Below are positions 40,380 through 52,192 of a DNA stretch of 64,000 nt, in pieces; the stretch's first letter is position 1; every line of letters begins with the position of its first letter. The position numbers and the translations under genes were made by a program. This DNA comes from Tubulanus polymorphus (lineage: Eukaryota > Animalia > Nemertea), in the NCBI RefSeq assembly GCF_964204645.1, contig NC_134029.1:3782001-3846000 (forward strand), given 5' to 3'. A model generated the notes under the pieces. It made no database searches and was not told where the DNA came from. It saw only the letters and a list, made by a program, of their open reading frames with translations.

Positions 40380-40500
40380 TTCATTTTTAAGAAGTCACAT
40401 TCGAGTATGAAATGATATTCGTCACCTATAGTATCCCGGGTATACATTGCCACAAACTGTGGCTCTTGCTCTGGTAATTCATGGTTGGAACATCTTTCAC
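40380..40500 (-). mobile_element. Decayed 3' end of a non-LTR retrotransposon ORF2 (probably L2/Crack/CR1 group)
   Basis: Minus-strand translation gives RCSNHELP (40472-40495) and IGDEYHFILEC (about 40397-40429). These resemble the R.S.H.LP.E.GR...GDE.H...C C-terminal motif of invertebrate LINEs; the intervening cysteines are lost. Confidence 0.7.
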
Positions 40501-41550
40501 CATGATAAACACGTATTCGTTTTGCACTAGAAATCTACCCCTCGTGGTTACTTTAAAAAACCGTAAGATCTATGGTGATTACGCGGAGAACTCTTTAGCG
40601 GTTTCCTCGACGTAACGGCTCAATCGGGATTTCGATGTTTGAAAAAACATTTCTCCTTGCAATGAATTTGCCTATCATCTAAAACCGAATGCTCAAAATG
40701 AATCCTTAACACCCGAACGAACCGCTTAAACTAAAATCACCCGTCGATTAACGATAAATATCTCGAGTTTCTGCTACTGAAAATTCGTCTCGACGCGGCA
40801 AATATTTCATCGAAAAAGAAAAGTCCGTTTTGTGTTATCGATGCGCTCGAAATTGACGTGGTGCAAATCGTATTAACGCCTGTGTCCTCGTGCTGTCAAA
40901 CCGATGTCAGAACTGATTAGTTTCATGAATGACATACACTGAGATCGTCAGTAAATCTAATTACCATGAAATTCACATATCAGTCGTTCATTCATTTACC
41001 ACTTTTCACTGCGTAAACGAGGTGCCCGTCAAATTACAGGAATAAATAGATGCACTATCGGAAACCGACAGGCGCTCGATTGAAATATTCGTAATTTTCT
41101 GCATTTTGTGTTACATATTCGGTTACAAAAAATGCTTACAAACGATTAAAAGAACCGTATTTTTAAGAGAGTTGAGTCGTCACTATATCTCTCTCAGTTT
41201 TTCTGTAATCTCGATGTTGTTAACCTATCTGCCCCTCACCCCCATGTGGTGATAACTAGTATTCTAAGTGGACCATGATCTGTGGTAATCACACTTTAAT
41301 GAGCGTGTTGGAAACCAACAGTGGTGCTCACTGGGGAGATGGCGTTTCCCTCAGGTCGCCACTCTGACAGCAGTTTCAAGGTTCTGTTTTCCCAACTGCC
41401 GTGGATTAAAGACATTCCACCTTATACTCTAAGTGCGAATGAATCAAAAATACTCGGCCGAGCTCATCCGTTGTCACCATATTTTTGTTAATGTTTCCAG
41501 TTTTTGTAATAATGGAATGATGAAATAACTGGACTGTTACTTAAAGTAAA

Positions 41551-41780
41551 GAGCATCGTGGCCGAGCGGTGAGTCTTGTTTTAGGTCGCTATAACCATCA
41601 ACCACTTCATGCTGGTCGTAGCCTGATGGTCTTGTATCGTACGACTGTGGAAAACAACGTTTTCTTTGTCACCGAGATTATTTCTGTGACTCTCACGACA
41701 TTTTGCTCATTCGATACATCTTCGCCACCAAAAGCTGTCAATTTATTTTGGGTGGGGCGAACGCTTAAACTTCAATAATC
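41551..41780 (+). mobile_element. Possible degenerate tRNA-derived SINE
   Basis: Starts with gcatcgtggccgagcggt (tRNA-Leu/Ser-like A box) and ends with ggggcgaacgcttaaacttcaataa. No clear B box. Confidence 0.3.
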
Positions 41781-42459
41781 GTTTCTTTCTCACCCCGGGG
41801 CCAAAAGAAAAGACAACTTTGATCGTCTAATCGCTTTCATGCTTGTGTATTATAGATCTTTGACGTTGTGTTGTTTTTTGATTTGACTGTGTGTAATGAT
41901 ATAGACTCCTCGGCTATTATGGAAAACATGGCACGATGGCCTCGGAGTCTTCCCAATCATATCGCCGGTTCAAATATACCCATCTTTTGTGCATTCAGCG
42001 ATATTACATCCATTTCATAGTGATTTATCGTCAGTCGTAGATGAATGATGTGTTTCTGATTGCCGCGGCTCTAAGTCATAATGGTGCACCCGTGTCGGTA
42101 GTGATACAAACCCGCCGCCGCCTCCGCCGCCTCGGGCCGTGATGACCGCCGTGCCAATATACTGTTGATCGCTTTCGAATGCCGATGTATATCATCGGTT
42201 TGTATAAGGCCACTTCTGATGAATGACGTCTTGCAACTTTGTCATTCTCGGCAGTATACGATAATACGGTTTTCGCGATCTGATGTGAAATAGATTATCT
42301 CGATCATGTCGCACTAAACTGATATTTGTTTTAGAGCTTCGTCGTCACGTCGCGAGATGGTGCTGTTTGGAATAGTATATTGTTTTTATATTCAGCTAAA
42401 GCTCGAATGTATGTATCTTTCCTGCATTTCAAACTTAACCGAAACCGAATAAGTTTCCC

Positions 42460-42483
42460 AGAGAGAGAGAGAGAGAGAGAGAG
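42460..42483. repeat. (AG)n microsatellite
   Basis: About 12 AG units. Confidence 0.9.
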
Positions 42484-42764
42484 TGGGTTGCTTTAGATGG
42501 AAGTTAAAGGCGCGATCGATGCCATCGATAGAATAGCTACAATAGCTCACCAGACGCTTGAGACACATCTGTTTTTCTTCGAAAGCCTGTGTGAAGAACA
42601 TTTTTCTAACAACTTCGAGTCACTTAGCGATCGCCTGATACCGAGCTATTTTGGCTTAGACGAGGTCGAAGTCTTCGTCGCCGGTGCGATTTGATGACGC
42701 AAAACACCTATCATCGACAGTTTTCGTAATAAAGTTCTAGCGTGTTCCAACACTTCAGCAAATG

Positions 42765-42830
42765 CATCGCCTAGAATCCCGTGATAGCTTACCGACCATC
42801 ACCTAGAATCATGTGATAGCTTACCGACCA
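42765..42830. repeat. 32-bp tandem duplication
   Basis: catcgcctagaatcccgtgatagcttaccgac followed by catcacctagaatcatgtgatagcttaccgac. Confidence 0.9.
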
Positions 42831-43121
42831 GTTAGTTAAATGAGACATATTGAGTTCAGGTGATTTCGATGGTATTTACGATTCTCGGAAGCCGCATATT
42901 ATAATAATGGCGCTGGAAAATGTTTCTTATGTCTACGACGTTCATTTCTTCTTCGGCTATTATTTCTGTTATGGGATGTGCTGGTGCCAATTTAGGCTTG
43001 CGTTTGTTCTGATTTATGAGTGAAGTAGTTTGACTCCAGTGGCCTAATCTAGAAAGACATGCGATTGCTCTTAATACATCGGCGTGCAATTCTCATTTCG
43101 CCATTGACCAGAATTCGACTA

Positions 43122-43173
43122 GCTGGTGCTGCTGCTGCTGGTGGTGCTGCTGCTGCTGCTGGTGGTGCTGCTG
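43122..43173. repeat. Interrupted (CTG/GTG)n triplet repeat (CAG/CAC on the minus strand)
   Basis: Read directly; translates on the minus strand as QQHHQQQQQHHQQQQHQ. Confidence 0.9.
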
Positions 43174-43747
43174 ATACGGTTGTTGGTTTGCGTTGTCAAA
43201 AAATCCATAAATTTTCATATTAAACATGTCTTCAAGATAATCGAGGTTGAAAGAAAGATCTGAAATAGTGTAATTCCAACGGCCTGGAAAATAGAGCAAG
43301 ATTGCTCAGTTGAAAATGTAACAAGACCCGCAACTGAAAACTAAAACCCAGGGCGATGTCATGGGATTTCTCAGTATTAAGCTTTTCTTCAGCCTTGATC
43401 AAATTTCATGTCTATTTCACGTGAATCTCGCTGGGAAAGAAAGAGCAAAGGATGTTTTTGAAGATTGGTGCGTGAACTAATGGCTTAAGCTTCATTATTA
43501 CTCTTCAGTGAGGCGGATTTTAAAAAAGCTCGATGTTTTGAGTTCTATTACCAAACAGATTAATTCTTTAATGAGATGATATCCAATCCCCTCTTTTCCA
43601 CAGTGCAGACGCCACTCTAGTAATTAGCTCCACTCTGCGCTGGATGTAAGTTAGACAGAGTTCTTGGATTAGTGAATCTTAGAGTAGTGAATCATCTTTT
43701 GCGAGCGCTGGGTATACGAACCCGATATAAAGACGTTTACTGACTTA

Positions 43748-43864
43748 TTTCATAGGTCTACTGGTTAGCAGGACTGTTTATATCTACTAGACCCGGGTTC
43801 GATCCCCGTTACGAGCAATCATCTGAATTTGAGATGATTGCTCGTAGATCCCCGGTAGGTGCGC
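43748..43864 (+). pseudogene. Degenerate tRNA-like sequence (tRNA pseudogene or SINE head) interrupted in the T-arm
   Basis: ggtctactggttag resembles the Glu-type D-arm/A box GGTCTAGTGGTTAG. Removing 43809-43854 restores a canonical T-arm CCGGG-TTCGATC-CCCGG. The anticodon arm and acceptor stem are degenerate. Confidence 0.6.
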
Positions 43865-46800
43865 ATCATTTCCCTGTCACTTATTTTACGTTACAACCAT
43901 GTGATGATTCTAAAATATTCGAAATAATCTTTTACAAATGGAATCTAAGCCTTTTGTTAATGTAACTGAAAATATATTTTACGTTCATATACGTGTAGCC
44001 ATTACCGAATATTTATTATTTAGTCTTGTCTCTCAACGCAAATGTTATTGACAAAAAAAAATCCGATTTTGCAAAGTGAGACGTGTCTTAATGCTTGTCG
44101 TATGGTCACAACCGCGCAATTGTTATTTCTCTGTGTAGAAAATGGAAAATTACTTATCGGGAAAGATTATCCTCGACAGGGGTTTAGTGCATTTGCTTAT
44201 TGTAAAAGAGTATTAGATAAACAAAAGATGCAATAATCATCGGGTGACGCGTAGGGAATGGTCGCACATTGGGGACAAGACAATATTTGGTAATATCTTT
44301 ATTTCCCGTATCTGAATATGAAGGAAATGTTTAACACGCGTTTAAGAAAACGACACTTTGATGCGTTTGGTAAAAGATGCCCTCGATCTATTCGGCGTTC
44401 GATCTTTTAATCGTCTAAAGTTCAGAGCGTGTTTCACCCGTCTAAACCTGATGATCTAAAGCGTGAGATCTATCCGATAACAAAACAGATTTTCGAACGG
44501 CGTCCTTGTCGGATATTCCCCTCGAGGTTCCAACATGAGTTGAGAAGTAATTGATGAGGAGTTCGAGCTTACTTTCTAGTTAGTGCTTTTCGAGGCAGTT
44601 GTTATAATTATTACTAAAATCCGTCAAATACCTTTCTGAACTGTGGAAATGTATCCGAGATACGATATTATGCGCGTGAAACTTTTCGGCATACTCCACA
44701 TGGATCTGTTATCAATCCAAATGTTGACATTTACGAGTTTTTATTTCTAGAAAACTTCAAATGGACGTGAAGCTAAATATCCCAATCAGTTCAAAAGTTG
44801 TTTCTAGTACTATACTCGAAATGCTCCATTGAAATTCTCTAAGTTTTCTGAGTGTTGATGAATTTTTAAAACGATGCAGCCTTTGTAGCAGCGTTGCTGG
44901 GCGTTAGAATGCAATGGAAACAAGTGCAGAACACTTTTCTGAAAATTGATACCACGCAGCTTTTTTAATGACATGCGTTAAACTTATTCTTGAATATACA
45001 TTGAGTGGGTATTTGATATCGCACAGTCGCCGATTCAAGAGTGTTCGCGCAATATGCGTTTGAAAGATGTACTCTTGAACGTGCGCCTAATGTTCTTTTC
45101 CTCGATCGCCTTTTTTTCGAGGCGATGGACACCACACTCGTTACAACTCACCCATTGTCCTTTTCTGTTTTTATATACAATCTAGTGTATGTGTTTATTA
45201 AAAAAGATGTTGTTAAAAAGAAGAAATGATATATCTTTATATCTATCGGTTTCAATCATCATAAAAAGTAGCCTTCACTTGAAAACAATAATTTGAGCAC
45301 CCGCGTCTCTTAAAAACTTATATTCTTTTTATAATTCTACCTGGTTATATAACATCGGCTCGGGGGCTGTTGTCGCAATACGCGCGGTGTTAATGTCACT
45401 TTCTTTCCGCAACCAGCCATAATTGATTACAGACGTGTTTTTGTGTGTGTTCAAGCTTCGGTATTTTTTGCTGGAGACTCTTTCGCCGTTGTTCTCGGCG
45501 GCGAAATCTCATCTAATTCACACAAAATAACGTTGTTGTCGTTGAATGATGAAATATATCGTCACCGTGCTGGTCGTATAGAACGGGCTGTCAGTCGGCC
45601 ATTGATCATAATCATTTGCAGTATCATCTTACCCGAGAATTAAGAGCATTGATCTGGCATCTTGGCAAGCAATTTACACAATTTACTGCTGACGATGATT
45701 TCGACTTTCTCTGTGCTGTTAAGACGTCATGGGAACGTTACGACCCAGCCGTAAATCCCTGCGTGTGTACATTGACATTTACTAGCCACTAGCCACCAGA
45801 AAAATCTTACGTCGTAATCTATGAACATCAGGCGAAAGATTTAATCGTAGGAAGCGTACACATAAGGGTTTTACACTAAAGGAACCTTCAGTCTTTATGT
45901 CAAAAACACTAAGCTTGAGTTTGATTTATTTCGTCATTATTAAATGATGTAGATGGAGACTTCTAATAATAGACGCCTCTCGAAATATGATCGAATATTG
46001 GTCAAAAATCTGAAAAATATTTAGAACTCACAATTTCCGCTAAGCGTTAACGTCCGAAGTTAACGAGTCATGATGGCCACGTGACGTGTGGCATACGTAA
46101 ATTATACCTCTATAATGACTGCCGTTTCATAAAAAATAATTTTTCATTTCAACCCTTTAAAGGTAAACCATGAACCTGAAACGTGTACATTTGGATCGAT
46201 AGGAGCCGTTACAGGACGCCGGCACTGCGGCTGGAAGTGGACATCCCTTTAACACATCATCAATGAACCAGATGAATCGTGTAGTGGGCAATAATCGTGT
46301 CGATGAAATCCGATGCTAATCAACCTGACATCTAATTAAACCATTTGAGAGTGTTCGCAATTACCGCAATCGGTGTAGTATTGGCTTAGAGGCGAGTGCG
46401 TATCTTCAATTCTAATTAGCGAATGTCAGTACGGATTTATCGATGGTCTTAAATCGAGTATAACACGCTTCCTACAACCATCACTCCTCGTTTTATACAG
46501 GTCCATAGTTCGACGACGGAAATAACAGCTTTATCATTATTATCGCCATAATAGTCATCGTCGAGACTGCGTTTTTCAATTCGGTTGAAGCAGTTTTTCT
46601 AAGACGAATTTCGCGGACATTCAACCAAACCTGTTTGAAGATCAGAATTTGTTGTCGTCTCAAAATCGTCGAAATCTTGAAATTTTCGATTTGTTCGAAT
46701 TCTTCGCGATTCATCGAATCCGAGAATTATTTTTCAATCATCGTTCGCAGCGTTTGTCAGAGTTTGCAAACAGCTCTCTCCTCTCGGTTCCCTCTCCGTG

Positions 46801-48179
46801 TCTCATTGTGTTCTATTCAACTGCTCATCACCGCACACCTCCATTAAGCATAATGATCGCGTGAAATGAATAGGCCGGGGGTAAAGTTGTTTCTCGTTGC
46901 GTTAGAAGATCTCGTCGCTATTGCCTAATGACGCCGCCACAAACCGATTTCTTCTGGATCGTCATAATTTGTATTCGTGCGTAATGCCGTTGCAAAATAT
47001 TCAATCCGTTTTTACCCCGAAACTAAGTGAAAAAATTGACCATTACGCGGCCATTAAGAAAGCGTATGTATATGAAACAACGACGTAATAGATGGTACTT
47101 CTACTTGGCTCGCCAGCCATTAGATTCTTGAATCATCGGATAAATAACAGCAATCTACTTATGTATATAAGTGTGAATGGTGGCCTAAAAGGCGACGATT
47201 TATCTGTTGAATGTAATGTGACGGGAGAGATCTGATAAAAATATAAAAATATGGAGATTTAGAAACTTCTGTCATGCAAATCACTTATTGTACACGTGAC
47301 TGAATTTAGTCTTTCGGTTTATTTTGTCCACTTGACGTCATTGGAAGACGCAGACGAGAATCTACAAGTGTGAGACGCTGAAATTGAATTGATGACGTCA
47401 ATTCGAAGTAATTTTGTTCCGTTTCTTTCAATTTTTACCAATGAATGATTGATTGTAAGATGTTGATTGGCTCGTAATGGATCCGACATTACCGGATTCC
47501 GCATTCCCATTACCCCGACGTATAGCCGAAGGTATTTTTACTGTCGATCGATTTTCTTTTCGAATTTATTTATAAATCAAAAATATTGGAACAACTAAAA
47601 CCTAGAGATTAAATTACGTATATCATACCTGTTTCAGTTTTCATTTGTATCCTCGTTTGTAGTGTTTATTATGGTGCCCAAAAGGCAAGAGGATAAAATT
47701 AAATTGAATTTATAATGTAATCAAATTAATGTCCATCCTACACGTGTATTTATTTACACATGCATGTATTGTAGATTTCTTCTGTGCTCTAAGTAAATTT
47801 CTTTTTACTGAGTAATCTTGTATCAGTCGAGTATCGAGTATCTTGTATCAGTTACAAACGATATGCAGCCAACGTTTACGCCAAATTTAAGTTGAATTTA
47901 ATTCGTAATACTAAAACATGAGGCGACGCAGGGACTTCATTTCCTTTGTTCAATTTACTCCTGAATTCTCCGAAGTCCTTGTTTAGAATAAGAAAAATCT
48001 CACCGTTCTCTCGCACGATCAATCAAACAACATCGTGACATCAACAACGCTAAAACTTCTAAAATAGCTCATAGTTCTCAAGGTCGCAGAGTCATTGCGT
48101 TTGTTTTTAACAGTAAAGAGGTATTGTAGCCATATTCACTGCCACGCAATTTCGGTGGTCAAACACAATAAGTGGCATA

Positions 48180-48600
48180 CCAATTCAATTCTATATTTAT
48201 CCTTATTTAGTATAGTTTAATATATCTATATCGGATTTAAGAATTAAGCATTTCCAGACGTATGATTGAAAATAATAGACTCTTTTTTAGATTTTAGCGG
48301 ATTATAAAACATTGGTTAACCAATGATTGATATACAGCAGTAGAAAAAGAACATTTAGTTATACAAGCACTTAGAACTACATAAAGGTTAAACCTTCTAA
48401 AAATTTCAGCGACAATCAAGTGATTTACATTGATCAAGAATAGCTCAGATATGTATTTGGATATAATGTCAAATTCTTCCGGGCCACTGTTGTAGGATAA
48501 TATGAATGTAAATTCTTCATCGTCGTTTAGGTCTAGAAAATGAGTAAAAACGCTCCTTCGTGTTTGGAAAAGCAGAGATTTTCTAAGTTTGTAAATGCCC
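48180..48600 (-). mobile_element. 5'-truncated LINE 3' end relic (ORF2 C-terminus plus 3' UTR and tail)
   Basis: YKLRKSLLFQ...FLDLNDDEEFTFILS...ISKYISELF resembles the extreme C-terminus of L2/Crack-like ORF2. The minus strand ends in gataaatatagaattgaattg, a short-repeat tail. Confidence 0.5.
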
Positions 48601-51600
48601 CTGTCTCCAGGAACGTTGGCAGACAATCGATGACATCACGTGCAAGACCTCTTTATACGGAGTCACTATTTTTTGCAGGATTTGTAAAAAATCTAGAATG
48701 GCTGCGACAACTTCCAGACGCAGCGTGAATCGATACTAACTGTTTAATCGCTAGATTAAGGACTATTTACATCATGCTTCGTATATCTCGTGTCATGAAT
48801 ATCAAACGATCACTAGCTCACAGACTGCCACGGCCGACTGGCGCGACTGTTTAGTTTCGTGTTATCCTGTACTTTTAACTACAATTCACTTAAGAGATAA
48901 AACAGACGATGAATATACGTGACAGTGATTGATTTTTCACTCTAATAAACGGACAAGAGCTCTCCTCAATTCTCCAGCTCGAGTGACAGTCATTGCAAGA
49001 ATCTGACGAACTAAAAAGTTTTATGAATAGATTGAGGAGTCTGGTGGGGATCGGGTTATATTCTCTACTGATCTTTGCGATGTAATTTCTAAATGATTGC
49101 CTCGTATAACTGATATGACACTCACGAGCCAGTGACACAGTTGTATATGGTTAAACTGTAGATTCAAAAGCAATTCGAAATGAATGATCCGACGCAACTG
49201 AAACTTATATGAACTGTAGCGATAGCGAATCAAATCTCCATGTATTTACTCAGACGAACTAACGTTGTTAAACTAGAGACAACGAAGATAGATTATAGAA
49301 ATGCTATAATGATAACCTCTGCGTGCCAGGTGGTATGTGTGTCTCGGAGAGTCCGAGCACATCAATTTTCTTTACTCGAAGCACGACTCTTCCTGTTGAC
49401 AGTAATTTAGAAGTTTGATGCATTAGAAAATGGAGAATTAATGTGTGTTTCAATATGCTGTTAACGACCTCGTCATTCATCCATTCATTTCCATCCATTT
49501 ACAGTTAGAAAAGAAAAATGGAAATGTCGACCAGAAATTCCAGTTCTTATAGCTAAAGAAATGATAATTTCAGAACACATTCCGTTTCTCAGAGAGTATT
49601 TTGTGCTTTATTACTGACATGTGGTCTCTTTTAAATGATTGCTAAGTCTTTTATCCATCTGAATCATTTCATTTCCGAGTATCAAGTTGCCGACCCGCTT
49701 GCGCGGCCTGTAGGCGTACATTTCTTGGCTTTTATGGTATGTTAATGCACTCAGTACAAAGAATAATGTTGTACACCACTCTCGTGTCATTTGGCTTTCG
49801 CCTGTTTTATCTCTGTGGTATTGAGTCTGGCCAGACTGGAACTGCTTCTCGCAGGACTCCACAAGTTGGTACAGTATACGTTATGCGTACGTCTAGACAG
49901 GTATGGTCTTTGAATCTAAGTCTCGATGCTCGACCGAACCCAGTGGGTTGGTTTCGCTCATAGCGACCAGCTTTAAGATTTAGAGCGTCTTTGTTGCCGA
50001 GAGCTGATGCGAGATTGATAAGATCGAAGTGATAAGTTCGACGTATTTATCTTTAATTATTTGCAAGTATACTTAGACGAAAAAATCATTGGTAGTTAGT
50101 GAACGATTATTGATCAACATCCGTAGAATTGCAAGTCTTATAGACTATACAGGCTATCAGCGCGTGGGTCAATCGAATTCTCTATTGAGGAGGGTGCAAG
50201 GAATCCCGATGTTTATTATGTTAAAACTATTCTTTCTGATATTAAGTATACCTATACTTAACCATGTGTATATCATTCGGATTCTTCAGGTTCTTTTTTT
50301 TGTTGCAACCACAGCTGCGAGGGAATGTAAATGATGTACGTGATGGCTATTCACTGACTTCTTTGCGCGCAAAATCCATGTGAAATTGATTATCTAATTG
50401 CGTATGAGAGTCTTCAGACACCTGTTGATGTAGAAGCACCTGCTCAGTCACATCTTCTCTAGTCAAATTCACCTGTGTTTTCTTTAATAGCAGGTACATT
50501 CTCAGTCATCTATATTGAACGGCCAAACAAACCCCAAGCCTTTTCTTTGGACGGCAAGACATACGTTTATAATTCAGCCTTCCAGATGTTTCTTAAGGTG
50601 GACTACTTTTTGCCTCAATTGTCTTCATAGATTTAATCGAGAGGTTTTTAGATTTAAACTTAAACCCCTGAGAAAGACCTATTTTGCGATTTTCTCGAAA
50701 TCGTTGTAACACGATAGGTTACCGGTTATGGCTTCATCAACCGAAGAAATACACGATAGTTTCGGGGGTTTGAATATCGAGGTCGCTAATGGCGTGAAAA
50801 GCGTCTTAGCAGATCAGGTGTTTAATGACGCTCAGATGATGGATCGACTACACGCGGATTAGAATATGAGCTGATAATCCTCGCTGCAGCCAAGAATTAT
50901 CAAAAAGACAGACCTCGCTATTCATCACAAAACCTTTCGTCGTATTCTATTCCTGTTGCTGTTGGCTGATTTTTCATTTCTTATAGTTCACGGATGTCTC
51001 GTAAATGTCATTGTCGCTATCATTCTATTATAGTCCTTCAACAGGTTTCAGTGAAAGAATTATCGTCAGTTGCTTATATCATTGATTATGATTATCATTG
51101 GTTATGTCAGTTTTCTTAAAGACGGCTACTATAGGGCATCTCGAAACGAATTAAGTTCTAGCTCGCGAAAACATTTTGGACTCATCGTTCTATCGTATTG
51201 TGGCATTTTATATAGTTTCACCGCGGTTGACAAAACTGTTGAACCTCGCTAAGCGCGTCGGGAGGAATATTCGTGAAAGGCGATAAAATATTTCACACAT
51301 TTTGTTCATTTGAAACCTGAAAACGTCCTCATTATAAACGCAGGCTCACGCAGCGCTACAATGAACAGAGTTTATCGACACGCGAAACTGTCGTCATGAA
51401 TTATTCCATATCGGCAAAGTTTCGTTTTTCAGCGAATGTTTAATAAGATATTTTCGGGTAACGAATGCGCTTGAGCGGTCACCGACGAATGCCTCGCTAC
51501 ACCGCCATGTTTTAACCCGTGCGTCATTCCGGTGTTTATGAATCGATTTGATGTTATAACCGAGACTTCAAGATGTTCCCGGCAGGTCTTTGCCGTGTAC

Positions 51601-52117
51601 CATACTACGAAAACCGAATGGATTTCTACGAAGTATTTTTAAACGACGGTATAAGCAATCCTCGTAGCGATGAATCTAAGTCCTTATCGTATGAATCGGA
51701 AAAGAATCCACGTATTAGATACGGTGAAGATATTTCGGAATGATGCGAGACATTCTCAATCTAACTGCGGCGAAGAACATGTGAAATAGAAGCCGCGTTC
51801 GCACTACACGTTGTTTTGAACGTTCTAGATTTAGTCTGATTCAATTCTTAACGGTCTAAGTAAAGACCGACCAAGAAGACCGATGATCATTTCTTTAAAT
51901 AGAAACTAATTGTTTGTTGATTACGGTGTTGCGGCAAGCCGGACCAGTGGAAAACGTGTGCAGACGCACGGTATTGATTTGGTCTGTTCCATACACGGTT
52001 CAAATCAGAACGGACTAACTGGAAGCGTTAGTTTGAACGCGGTTAGGGAAGGTAGAACGGCTTAGAGAAATGGAGTGTTGAAGAATGAGAATTTAATTTC
52101 CTTTTGCCTTGTAGTGG

Positions 52118-52192
52118 GTGAAGAAAGAGGAGGAAGAGTGAGATAGAGAGAGGTGAGAAAGAGAGGGGAATGAGAGGAAAGGGGATAGGGAG
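52118..52192. repeat. Polypurine (GA-rich) low-complexity tract
   Basis: About 75 bp, almost entirely G/A on the + strand. Confidence 0.8.
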
